Assembly: GCA_029260905.1 (NCBI GenBank)
Contig: JAJDCH010000006.1
Location: 1 to 60,582, forward strand
Source of the DNA: Candidatus Levyibacteriota bacterium
Lineage (GTDB): Bacteria; Patescibacteriota; Microgenomatia; Levybacterales; UBA12049
DNA: 60,582 bases
Direction: 5' to 3'
A program made the translations under genes and the position numbers. The notes under the pieces are model-generated. The model was given only the letters and a program-made list of their open reading frames with translations, did not search any database and was not told where the DNA came from. Numbering within the stretch: position 1 is the first letter of the stretch; each line of letters opens with the position of its first letter. Of the stretch, positions 36,932-46,285 are shown one piece after another.

Positions 36932-37825
36932 TATCCTCTCAAGCACTTTAATAATATCTGTAAGTTTTAATTTGGTTGGTTTCATTTTGGGATTTTTGGA
37001 TGAACCATTAAGAAGCATTTTTTTGGAAACATGCAAATACCATGTTGCCTCAGGATCCATTTTGCTCAGCTGGTCGTGCGCTGACGTCAAATCAATTCCC
37101 GGATTATCTGGTGTCTCAGGAAGAGTTTTGATCGCCACATTGCCTCTTCTTGGATCTTTTTTAACCACCAGCACATATCCCATTTTTTGACCCAATTTTA
37201 ATACCTGCTCATTCATCGTCTCAACTCCCAACGCTCCCCCCTTGGACGTTTCAAATTCAATTCCTTTTTCTTTTATTTCTTTTTCTGCCCAAATCCTACT
37301 TTCAAATTCATGAAAAAGCGCGTCCAGACACTCCATCCCAAAAACCACATAATAACTATCCTGTCCTGGCTTTGCATATTTAAGACCCTCAAGAACTCCG
37401 ATTAAAGAAAATTCATACTGATCAGATGCAGGATCCGCCCAAAAAACCTCCCGAAAATGATCTATCTCAACTACTACTTTTACGATTCTTTGCAGCGATT
37501 CTTTATGCTCTTGTGTCAGATGTTGTCCGTTTTTTTCCAAAAAATCCAAAACATAATCCATTGTCCTGCTCATACCACAAACATCTCTATCTGATGTCTG
37601 ATGATGATCAAGCGGACCCATACCTGTATCAACCTGCAGCACCTCATCATCCCCGATAATCTCAATTGGATCTTTTACATCCTCACCCTTTACATTCCCC
37701 ACTCTACTTCCTGCAGGGACAAATTGAACATTGGCGTCTTGCCAGCCAGGAAAAAACTTCTTGATAATCCAAACAGACCCGATCGCATCCCAATCTGGTG
37801 AGACATGGGTGACAATAACTTTCAT
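36929..37825 (-). CDS. DHH/MYG1-like phosphoesterase
   Basis: THVSPDWDA, DTG and DHHQ motifs. Confidence 0.6.
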   Translation of the reverse strand: MKVIVTHVSPDWDAIGSVWIIKKFFPGWQDANVQFVPAGSRVGNVKGEDVKDPIEIIGDDEVLQVDTGMGPLDHHQTSDRDVCGMSRTMDYVLDFLEKNGQHLTQEHKESLQRIVKVVVEIDHFREVFWADPASDQYEFSLIGVLEGLKYAKPGQDSYYVVFGMECLDALFHEFESRIWAEKEIKEKGIEFETSKGGALGVETMNEQVLKLGQKMGYVLVVKKDPRRGNVAIKTLPETPDNPGIDLTSAHDQLSKMDPEATWYLHVSKKMLLNGSSKNPKMKPTKLKLTDIIKVLERI

Positions 37826-37909
37826 AGGGATAAGTATAGCACAGAAATAATTTTAATTTAAAATTATGAAATACTAATAACTAACACTAAAATACATAAA
37901 TTAATAAGA

Positions 37910-38008
37910 GGGGTGACGTGACTGGGGACCCCGTTCGAGTGCCCGCAACGTATGTGAGGACATCGGAGCGGGGTGAGGAGCGGCAGGACCCCGAAAAAAC
38001 TCAACCCC
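37910..38008 (+). ncRNA. Candidate structured RNA or palindromic element (unassigned)
   Basis: Markedly GC-rich island in AT-rich intergenic DNA; GGGGTGA...TCAACCCC ends; two GGGGTGA-N9-GGACCCCG units exactly 60 nt apart. Strand is inferred. Confidence 0.4.
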
Positions 38009-38055
38009 AATTACTTGACAAAATTCGGCAAATCCAAGAAGATATAAATACCATT

Positions 38056-38610
38056 ATGGATCCTCAATCTCTTAATAATCTTGATCCCAAACTCCGCGAA
38101 ACTTACGAACGCGTAATGGGTGGTGCGGCAAGCGCAGCCAGAGCAGCGGTCCCAGATCAAAATACATCAGAGGATACGAATTTACCTGATAATCCTCCGC
38201 CACCATCCTCATTTCAAGTCCCACAAGGACCCGAACTCACACCAAAACCATCTGATACGCTAGCTGTATCGCCTGATGATAACGATCAACAACCTATCCA
38301 AACCCAACCAGAACAACCCCAGCAGTCAACTGAACAGCCAGAACCAAAAGCAACTTTCTCAACTCCTCTTAGTCAGCAAAACCAACAGATTAATACTCCG
38401 CAGCCAACTGGCCCTGTTAATCTGCCTGATCTAAACAATGTCCCCAACCTGTCAGAAAACAAGAATGCGAACAATCAAGCGCATGAAGCTCAGGAAACGT
38501 CTCCTGTTCTTAAAATTCTATACATTTTCGGAGGAACTGTATTTTTCCTGATCTATATTTTTCTCTGGGCCAAAATCTTCAAACTCCCAATCCCCTTCCT
38601 ATCGTTCTAA
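38056..38610 (+). CDS. Hypothetical Pro/Gln-rich protein with C-terminal TM
   Basis: Start moved to MDPQSLNNLDPKLRETYERVMG (TATAAA 7 nt upstream); disordered middle; C-terminal TM. Confidence 0.65.
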   Translation: MDPQSLNNLDPKLRETYERVMGGAASAARAAVPDQNTSEDTNLPDNPPPPSSFQVPQGPELTPKPSDTLAVSPDDNDQQPIQTQPEQPQQSTEQPEPKATFSTPLSQQNQQINTPQPTGPVNLPDLNNVPNLSENKNANNQAHEAQETSPVLKILYIFGGTVFFLIYIFLWAKIFKLPIPFLSF

Positions 38611-38697
38611 TTGGAATTAGAAATTAAGAATTAGGAAATTACATCTCTGTCTCACATATATTAAAACCGTCGCATTTTCCGCGTTCGCGGGATTTTG

Positions 38698-40440
38698 TTA
38701 CTTCTTAATTTTTTGAAGTATCTCGTCAAAACTCAGAAGCTTGGATTCTTTCTCAGTTCGTTTTTTAAATTCAATCTTTTCCCCTGCTTGCCCTGAGCCA
38801 TGCTGAAGGGTCTTTTCACTTACCACCAAACGCACAGGAATTCCGATCAAATCTGCATCTGCAAATTTGTTGCCAACTGATACCTCCCGGTCATCATACA
38901 AAACCTCTACTCCCACATCCTGCAATTTTTCGTAAATTTCATCTCCAAAATTTTTAACTTTTGAATTGTCATTTTGAGTTTTGACTTTTGAATTTTGAAT
39001 TATAATCAGATGCACATCAAACGGCGCAATTGACTCAGGCCAGATAATACCACGATCATCATTGCTTACCTCAACCACCGCAGCCAGTGTCCTCCCAATT
39101 CCTATTCCGTAGCAACCCATATAGTAAGGCTTTTCCGATCCATCTTCATCGATAAAAGTAGCGCCTTTCATTTTTTTACTGTAATGATATCCAAGCTGGA
39201 AAATATTTCCAACTTCAATTCCTCGGAATACCTCGTAAGGTTCGCCTGTTTCAGGATAGAGATCTCCTGCTCTGGTTTCTTTAAAGTCATAAAATTTTTC
39301 AGGTAGTGGCAAGTCCCGCTCAAAGTTTACATTTATTACATGGACGTCTGTTTTATTTGATCCCATTTCAAAATTAACTCTTCCTCTCATTGAATCATCC
39401 AGAAACACTTTCACCTCTTTTGGTAGATTGAGAATTCCTGCATATCCGACCTCTGCCCCGGTCAGCTCCTTAATTTTCTCAGACGCAATCAATGTCAAGC
39501 TCTGACAGCCAATGATTCTTTTAAGTTTTATTTCATCAATATCGTATTCTCCACGCAGTGCTGCTGCGATAACATCTCCTTTTTCTGTTTCAAAAAGAAT
39601 TGTTTTTGTCGTTTTCTCAACTGGAATATTTAAGAATTTTGCCAGTGCCTCAACTCCGATAATTCCTTTTCCAACAACATCCTCCATTGGTTTTGGCTCT
39701 TCCCCTTTCTGGTCAAATGGTGTTGCCATGGTTGGTGCAATTTCTTTATTAAAATACATCTTTTTCGATGGAACATAAAAAATAGTATCCTCTCCTGCAT
39801 TTGATTTGACCTGAAATTCGTGCGCATAATCCCCACCTATGTCACCATTGTCTGCACCCACCATGAATGTATTAAGTCCGACTCGCTCAAATATTTTTGT
39901 GTAAGTTTTTGACATTTTTTCATATTCTTTCTTAAAATCATCCTCTGATGCGTGAAATGAATATCCATCTTTCATGATAAACTCCCTAACCCTCAGAAGT
40001 CCCCCTCGAGCTCTTAGCTCGTCTCGGAATTTGGAAGCAAACTGATAAAGCTGAAAAGGCAAATCTTTATAGCTAATTTGAAACTTACGAACCAAATCAA
40101 CAAGCATTTCCTCAGCCGTCCCGCCGAGAACAAATTCCATATCACGTCGGTCTTTTATTTTAAGTAGGCCAAAATCAGCCTTGTCACGGTTGGTTTCTTT
40201 CCACAAATCAAGCGGATGGAGAATTGGAACGAGGATTTCCTGGGCACCTGCTCTATCCATTTCTTCTTTAACTACTTTTATAATTTTCTGCTGCACTCTC
40301 TGTCCTAGAGGCAGGAAATAATATCTTCCCGCTGTACTTTCCCTTATAAATCCTGCTTGATACAAAAGCTGATGCGATTTCAGAGTTGCATCTTTTGGTA
40401 TGTCTTTAATTGTCTTTCCAAAAAGGTGTGAATATTTCAT
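38698..40440 (-). CDS. proS: Proline--tRNA ligase (bacterial type with editing domain)
   Basis: SHQLLYQAGFI, FRDELRARGGLLRVREFIMKDGYSF, GIEVGNIFQLG, MGCYGIGIGR. Confidence 0.96.
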   Translation of the reverse strand: MKYSHLFGKTIKDIPKDATLKSHQLLYQAGFIRESTAGRYYFLPLGQRVQQKIIKVVKEEMDRAGAQEILVPILHPLDLWKETNRDKADFGLLKIKDRRDMEFVLGGTAEEMLVDLVRKFQISYKDLPFQLYQFASKFRDELRARGGLLRVREFIMKDGYSFHASEDDFKKEYEKMSKTYTKIFERVGLNTFMVGADNGDIGGDYAHEFQVKSNAGEDTIFYVPSKKMYFNKEIAPTMATPFDQKGEEPKPMEDVVGKGIIGVEALAKFLNIPVEKTTKTILFETEKGDVIAAALRGEYDIDEIKLKRIIGCQSLTLIASEKIKELTGAEVGYAGILNLPKEVKVFLDDSMRGRVNFEMGSNKTDVHVINVNFERDLPLPEKFYDFKETRAGDLYPETGEPYEVFRGIEVGNIFQLGYHYSKKMKGATFIDEDGSEKPYYMGCYGIGIGRTLAAVVEVSNDDRGIIWPESIAPFDVHLIIIQNSKVKTQNDNSKVKNFGDEIYEKLQDVGVEVLYDDREVSVGNKFADADLIGIPVRLVVSEKTLQHGSGQAGEKIEFKKRTEKESKLLSFDEILQKIKK

Positions 40441-40551
40441 GTTTTTAGTATAGCATGATTAAAAATCACCTGAACATACTTTCAGTCTAATTTGCCTTGA
40501 CTGCAAGCTCAAAACTTCTTGCTAACCCATGCCCTGCTCCTTTGAACACAC

Positions 40552-40600
40552 AAAAAAACCCTTGTAAAAACACCAACAGTTAGTTGATGATCTTACAAGG
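40552..40600 (-). terminator. Rho-independent terminator
   Basis: Minus strand CCTTGTAAGATCATCAAC-loop-GTTGGTGTTTTTACAAGG followed by G-T7, downstream of the YggT-like gene. Confidence 0.7.
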
Positions 40601-40636
40601 ACCCTTGGATAAACGCATGTCAATCAGGTTTTAGAC

Positions 40637-41095
40637 TTATACCTCATCAACCGTTTGTTCGACCTCGTGGCGGTCAACGGGTTTGGCCATCTGGAGAAGT
40701 TGGATTATCCCAAATGCGACCAAAACATAAACAGCTGCAGCAATCATGCTTGACCATTCAATTACCGAATTTGCTGTAATTGTCGTCCCGAATAACCCGC
40801 TGAATGGAATTGCAAAAGGACTACTCAGGGCATAAATTAATACGGCAAATCCGCTTGACGGATTTGCGCCAAGCGCTTTGAGAACTACTCTAAGCGCAAG
40901 CAGCACTTCGATAACTCCCAATACGTACCAGATCCATTGATAAGTCCTGAATAATGTTTTCTTTTTATTAAAAACTTTTTGTGGATGTTCAGCGTGTCCA
41001 GCTGGGTCAGCAACTGTTTTTGTAGTTCGTACAACTTGTTGTGGTGCAACAGTTGAGGAAGTGGTTACTGTTTCTTCTGTTTGCTTCTCTTCCAT
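40637..41095 (-). CDS. YggT-like membrane protein
   Basis: IWYVLGVIEVLLALRVVLKALGANPSSGF...PFSGLF pattern; start likely MEEKQ. Confidence 0.65.
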   Translation of the reverse strand: MEEKQTEETVTTSSTVAPQQVVRTTKTVADPAGHAEHPQKVFNKKKTLFRTYQWIWYVLGVIEVLLALRVVLKALGANPSSGFAVLIYALSSPFAIPFSGLFGTTITANSVIEWSSMIAAAVYVLVAFGIIQLLQMAKPVDRHEVEQTVDEV

Positions 41096-41280
41096 ATTAT
41101 TTAATAAGTTCATCTTTATTATCACACATAATATATGTGTAACGTGTAAGAAATTAAGATTGTTGATTTTCTTTAGTGCTTTCGATTTGCTGGCTCCCTA
41201 ATCCCAACACATCACCTAGACCATACCTACTATCAACTAGACCCTTGACTAAATCAGACTTATAATGCAGTATCTCTCTC

Positions 41281-41547
41281 ATGAACGAAGCGGCAAAACC
41301 AACCGTAGTTGACTTACTAACGGAAACTTACAAAACCTCAAAAAGAATTGATGGAATAGTACCAGCCCTTAATGTCCTTCTAGGAGGTCTTGTTTTTTTT
41401 AAACCATTCACTTCACAAACTCGTGAAGGTTTTTTTAGAGATCACGCTCTTTCTGAATTAAATAATCCTGAACTATCAGAAGATCAGAGAAAAAAAATTA
41501 CAGATTTGCTTGAGAAAAACTTCAAAATCAATAACCCTACAAGCTAA
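41281..41547 (+). CDS. Hypothetical protein
   Basis: 88-aa ORF with TAGACC-N17-TATAAT upstream. Confidence 0.5.
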   Translation: MNEAAKPTVVDLLTETYKTSKRIDGIVPALNVLLGGLVFFKPFTSQTREGFFRDHALSELNNPELSEDQRKKITDLLEKNFKINNPTS

Positions 41548-41639
41548 TTTACCAAATCTAAATATTCTTTAAGAAAAAGATCTCAATCCCCCATTGAAAT
41601 CAAGAATCTTTGCCTGTATACTAAATACTACTTTAACAA

Positions 41640-42920
41640 ATGAACAACACTAGTGTTTATCAAAAATCACGTGAAGACATACTTGAAATTGGCGAAAAAT
41701 ACGGCCTCTCATTAAATAAGCTTGAAAATCTTCTCGAACCAGATAGAATAGTTGAAATAACTATTCCTATTCAAATCGGATCTGAAACAATAACTTTTAA
41801 AGGCTATCGCTCTCAACACAGCAATCTGCTCGGACCATACAAGGGAGGTCTTCGCTTTCATCCAAGTGTCACCAAAGATGAGGTCAAAGCGCTTTCCCTC
41901 TGGATGACACTAAAAGCTGCGATTATTGGCGTCCCGCTTGGCGGTGGCAAAGGAGGAGTTGCAGTTGATCCCAAAGTCTTAACTGAGGCGCAAATCGAAG
42001 AAATATCACGTGAGTATGTAAGAAAAGTTTATGATGTTATCGGACACGACAAAGACATCCCAGCACCAGATGTAAATACCAATTCCAAAATCATGGATTG
42101 GATGACAGATGAATACATAAAAATTGCAGAAAAGAAAAATCCCGAAACAGCAAATCACAAACATTTCGCAACATTTACTGGTAAAGGCAAAAAAGGTCTT
42201 GCAGGACGCATAGAAGCAACTGGTTTTGGCGGAGTTTCTATTCTTAAGGAACTATCAAAAAAACTCAAATTAAAGCCAAGCGAAACAACAATTGCAGTTA
42301 TGGGTTTTGGAAATGTAGGATTTTATTTTGCCAAACTCGCAGAAGAACTTGGCTTTCAAGTAGTTGCTGTATCTGATTCCAAAGGAGGCATAGTCAAAAA
42401 AACAGCAGATGGAAAATTTTTACCGCTTGATATTGACCTTGTTTATGAGTGCAAACAGGAAAAAGGAAGTCTCAATGGATGCTACTGCTCAGGTGGTGTT
42501 TGTGACACCAGAGGCGGTCAGCTCATCACCAATGAAGAACTGCTCTCACTTCCAGTTGACATACTTGTACCATCCGCTCTTGAAGACGTGATAAATGATA
42601 ACAATATGCAAAATGTAAAATCAGGTGTCATAATTGAGATGGCCAATGGCCCAGTCAGTCCAAAAGCGCACCACTTTCTAACAAGCAAAAAAACAATAAT
42701 CGTTCCTGATATCCTTGCCAACTCTGGCGGAATTGCAGGATCATATCTGGAATGGATGCAGAACCTAGAAAATAAGGTTTATGAAAAAGACGTTGTACTG
42801 AAAAAAATTGATGAAATGATGATCAAAGCTTTTGATGCAGTCTGGAATGAATCAGAAAAAGCCAAAACAAATCTAAGAGAAGCATCCTACCTCGTTGCTC
42901 TTAAAAAGCTTCTTATATAA
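41640..42920 (+). CDS. gdhA: Glu/Leu/Phe/Val dehydrogenase (glutamate dehydrogenase-like)
   Basis: GPYKGGLRFHP, PLGGGKGG, DIPAPDVNT, ATGFG, GFGNVG, EMANGP, PDILANSGG. Confidence 0.92.
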   Translation: MNNTSVYQKSREDILEIGEKYGLSLNKLENLLEPDRIVEITIPIQIGSETITFKGYRSQHSNLLGPYKGGLRFHPSVTKDEVKALSLWMTLKAAIIGVPLGGGKGGVAVDPKVLTEAQIEEISREYVRKVYDVIGHDKDIPAPDVNTNSKIMDWMTDEYIKIAEKKNPETANHKHFATFTGKGKKGLAGRIEATGFGGVSILKELSKKLKLKPSETTIAVMGFGNVGFYFAKLAEELGFQVVAVSDSKGGIVKKTADGKFLPLDIDLVYECKQEKGSLNGCYCSGGVCDTRGGQLITNEELLSLPVDILVPSALEDVINDNNMQNVKSGVIIEMANGPVSPKAHHFLTSKKTIIVPDILANSGGIAGSYLEWMQNLENKVYEKDVVLKKIDEMMIKAFDAVWNESEKAKTNLREASYLVALKKLLI

Positions 42921-43215
42921 CAAATCTGCTTAAGATGAACCATAGCGCAACTAGACAAACAAGCGTTGCGATAAGAACCATTACTGATTCCTGAGGATTC
43001 AAATCAGTAAACATTTTTTCAAACTTTATCCATTTTTCAACTATATTCTTGACCCATGGAATTTGCATCAAATGCTCGTGTCGGATGCGAGAAATGGCTT
43101 GATTTATTTCCTCTTCAGAATAACCCTTGGAAAAAAGAATCTCAGTGATACTTTGTCTGCTCTCGCCATTTTTAAAGCGTTCTGTTATCTCTTGAACCAA
43201 TTCTTGCTTTGGCAT
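42913..43215 (-). CDS. Hypothetical protein with C-terminal TM
   Basis: 100-aa ORF; TATACT 9 nt upstream. Confidence 0.55.
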   Translation of the reverse strand: MPKQELVQEITERFKNGESRQSITEILFSKGYSEEEINQAISRIRHEHLMQIPWVKNIVEKWIKFEKMFTDLNPQESVMVLIATLVCLVALWFILSRFVI

Positions 43216-43266
43216 ATTAATATCAGTATATCAAGTGCAAAAGACTGAGGCAATTATTCATTTAAT

Positions 43267-44475
43267 CTACTTAAAAAAGACTTGCGCTAGGTCCTTGAAG
43301 GTAACGACAATAATAAGCCCAATCAAAATAAGTATCCCAATTGAATTTGCATATGCTTCAAATTTAGGATTTAGCTTTCTCCTCGTCACTGCCTCAATCG
43401 CTATGAAAAATAGCCGTCCCCCATCAAGACCTGGAATTGGTAGAACATTGAAAAAAGCAAGTGATATTGACAAAACTCCTGCGAGATTAAGAATTTGTAA
43501 AATTACAAATCTGAGATCAGGAATCTCTATAATCTGTCCCACCACATTAAAAATCAAAACAGGCCCACCCACACTATCACTAAGTGGTTTTACTGTTTTC
43601 TCCTGAACTGATTTATTTATTAACTCACCAAAACCGCCAATACTGTAAAGAAAGGTATTGTAGGTATGCGAGAAACCCGAAAATGCAATTTGAGTCGGAG
43701 TGTTGTAGTTTACAATAACAGTATTCAAATCATTATAGCCAAAAGATATTCCAAGCGCTCCCTCTCCCTCTGGCGGATCTTTTCTTGGAATCATCGTCTT
43801 TACAAAGTTTTTATCAGCTTTGAAGTCATACCACTCTATTGCTATTTCCTTTCCCAGATTTTTATCAATCAGATCAATTATGTCTTTTTCGCCCTCAAGT
43901 CGCACGCCCTGAATAGTCAAAATAACAGCTGGCGCTTCCATCCCTGCATCCTGCGCCGGTGAACCATCTGCCACCTCGCCAACAGCTATTCCCTTTGGAA
44001 TAAATCTCTTTTCAGCTCCGATAAAACCTGGATCTTTTTCTCCTAGAACAGGAAGAGGTGTCACAAAACCTGAGATGAATAAAAACAGATAAAAAACAAC
44101 AACTGCCAAAAGCGTATTCATCACTACTCCCGCACCAACCACTGATGCTCTTTGCCAGATAGGACGGGCAAAATAAGCCCTTTTCATATCCTTAAAGTTC
44201 TTGGATCTTAACTCTTGGTTCTTGGTAGGCGCAGCAACTGCGCCTCTTCCTGCTTCATCTTCTCCATAAAGCTTTACAAATCCGCCAATTAAAGCTGGAT
44301 AGAAAGAATACTTAGTCTCACCTTTTTTTATTGAAAAAAGAGGCTTTGTCAGTGGCAATCCAAACCCAAACTCCTCTACCTTTATCCCAAATTTCTTGGC
44401 CACAAAAAAATGCCCTGCTTCATGAATAAGAACAAGAACTGAAAGAATAAGAAGAAAAATAAGTGCCGTCAGCAT
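43267..44475 (-). CDS. rseP: Site-2 (M50) intramembrane zinc metalloprotease with PDZ domain
   Basis: HEAGH, GGFVKLYGE, GAGVVMN, PDZ region, NVLPIPGLDGGR. Confidence 0.94.
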   Translation of the reverse strand: MLTALIFLLILSVLVLIHEAGHFFVAKKFGIKVEEFGFGLPLTKPLFSIKKGETKYSFYPALIGGFVKLYGEDEAGRGAVAAPTKNQELRSKNFKDMKRAYFARPIWQRASVVGAGVVMNTLLAVVVFYLFLFISGFVTPLPVLGEKDPGFIGAEKRFIPKGIAVGEVADGSPAQDAGMEAPAVILTIQGVRLEGEKDIIDLIDKNLGKEIAIEWYDFKADKNFVKTMIPRKDPPEGEGALGISFGYNDLNTVIVNYNTPTQIAFSGFSHTYNTFLYSIGGFGELINKSVQEKTVKPLSDSVGGPVLIFNVVGQIIEIPDLRFVILQILNLAGVLSISLAFFNVLPIPGLDGGRLFFIAIEAVTRRKLNPKFEAYANSIGILILIGLIIVVTFKDLAQVFFK

Positions 44476-44564
44476 AAAATTTATTATAACAGGAATTTGG
44501 CAAATAGCATATAGCCTATGGCATCACCCTTGCAAACTCTCGCCAATTTAAGTAATCTAAATAT

Positions 44565-45656
44565 ATGGCTGAAGACTCTCCAGAAACAGACGGCGGTATT
44601 GATGGTTCTGAGCTGACCGAATTCCTGAAAGATAACTTTGGAAAAACAACAGACGGATCAAAACCTGAATACAGACCGCCCGATGTATTTAGCACATTTA
44701 AAGATCCATTTGACAAATTCGCTGCCGCCCCGAAAAGTTTTGGTTTGGTAATTAAAGATGAAGATGGGAAATTGAGACAAGTAAAAGAAGCGCCACATGA
44801 AAAATCTCTAAAAGAAAGAACGCCTGTTTCACTCGAAGTTCCAGATGATATACGACAAGAGTTTAAACGCCACAAAAATGCTTTAGCAATTCTTGACCGG
44901 ATGGGAATCAGTCATGATCAAATTGGGAAGAAAACACTCGAAGAAATTTCAAATTCCGCGAGCTTAGAAGATCTTAAAACTTATCTCGTTGAGTCCCAAA
45001 ACGAATTAAAAAAGCTTGATAAAGAATTTAAAGAAAATCTATCAGATGAAAACAAAAGAAGGCTATATGTGGCAAACGTTGCTCGTGAAGCCTTTGATTT
45101 ATTCCCTCCAGATAGAAACGAGGTGCCTATTTACAAGATAGAAGAGTTTGGGGAAATGCGATATACTGCGTTTGATAAGCCAGGCTCAGTAAAAGTCCGC
45201 AATGTAACAAGAGACGAAATCACGCCTGACAAAATAAATCCTCTGGCTACTCATCAAGAATCTCTTGGTGAAATAATAAAACCGCTTAAAAAAATTATTG
45301 AAGTCAAAAAACGTCTTGATGAAGGCGTAGATCTGGGAGAATTGGCTGACAACCCTTTGTCTCTTGATGCTGACTTGACAGAGGTATGGGCATATCTGCA
45401 GACAGAACAAACCGAATGGTTCCCGCTTGAAAACAGCAAAACAGGGGGGGGGCAACAAGCTCTTGATGCTGTAAATTATGCACAATTTGACGGACTTACT
45501 GATAGGATAAATGAAGTCATGACAAAGTTAGGAAATCATACTTCTTTAGGAGATGAATCAGATTTTTTCGATCCTTTTGACGGTGGTGTAGATCCTGAGA
45601 CAGCCCGATTAAATGCTTTATTAGTTGGATATGACCCGACCGCCCGAATTGACTAG
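44565..45656 (+). CDS. Hypothetical protein
   Basis: 363-aa charged helical ORF; no family recognised. Confidence 0.65.
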   Translation: MAEDSPETDGGIDGSELTEFLKDNFGKTTDGSKPEYRPPDVFSTFKDPFDKFAAAPKSFGLVIKDEDGKLRQVKEAPHEKSLKERTPVSLEVPDDIRQEFKRHKNALAILDRMGISHDQIGKKTLEEISNSASLEDLKTYLVESQNELKKLDKEFKENLSDENKRRLYVANVAREAFDLFPPDRNEVPIYKIEEFGEMRYTAFDKPGSVKVRNVTRDEITPDKINPLATHQESLGEIIKPLKKIIEVKKRLDEGVDLGELADNPLSLDADLTEVWAYLQTEQTEWFPLENSKTGGGQQALDAVNYAQFDGLTDRINEVMTKLGNHTSLGDESDFFDPFDGGVDPETARLNALLVGYDPTARID

Positions 45657-45700
45657 ATTCCCTTGCATTTCACCCACAAATCCGCTACACTACAGGCTCT

Positions 45701-46285
45701 ATGAATACTGAAAGAACTTATCCAGTTATTGCTACCATCTTCAGTCGCGGAGGAATCGAAACACCAACCATACCACAAAGTGGTAAAGATTTTTTCGTGA
45801 GTCTGATTGACAAAGTCGGAACAACACCTCCTCGAGTAAGATACAATCTTGAACAAAACCCAAATCTTATTGGTTTTCAGGATTTACAAAAAATGATCTC
45901 TGCTGACCAAGAATACTTACAGGGTTTTGCCCAAACCATAAAAGCTATGCCGCCAAATCCAAAAGCACCTATTGATGCAGACATCAACCTAATGTCAGAT
46001 CTTATTATGTATCTGGAGGAAGTTTCACAAGTACAGGTAGGACTTGATGCCCTGAAGGCAACTCAAGATGTTGTCCAAGACATGATTGATGGAGAAAGAG
46101 TAACGAAGAGAAAAAGAATGGATCTTGTGGGAGGTTATCTCGAGAGAAAAATAAATTTATGCAAAAGTGGATCTGAACAACAAGAAAATAGAAATACCAA
46201 AGGAATTTATGGCGCGGTTATTGTAGTTTTTGAAGACCTACTCGCAAAAACTCAAAACTACAAACCAAAACCCGCAAATAAATAA
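45701..46285 (+). CDS. Hypothetical protein
   Basis: 194-aa ORF; no family recognised. Confidence 0.6.
   Translation: MNTERTYPVIATIFSRGGIETPTIPQSGKDFFVSLIDKVGTTPPRVRYNLEQNPNLIGFQDLQKMISADQEYLQGFAQTIKAMPPNPKAPIDADINLMSDLIMYLEEVSQVQVGLDALKATQDVVQDMIDGERVTKRKRMDLVGGYLERKINLCKSGSEQQENRNTKGIYGAVIVVFEDLLAKTQNYKPKPANK

Noticed and set aside
37910-37993. Mini CRISPR array (24-nt units, 36-nt spacer) or tRNA (TTCGAGT loop)
   Set aside because: Only two units with a variable 9-nt middle and no cas genes; no cloverleaf can be built around the TTCGA motif.
37918-38055. N-terminal extension of the 37918 ORF as listed
   Set aside because: A -10-like TATAAA sits 7 nt before the internal ATG at 38056 and the extension covers the GC-rich structured element; treated as non-coding, though not proven.
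41124-41140. NrdR box
   Set aside because: The 17-bp palindrome does not fit the 16-bp acaCwAtATaTwGtgt spacing and is not upstream of a nucleotide-reduction gene.
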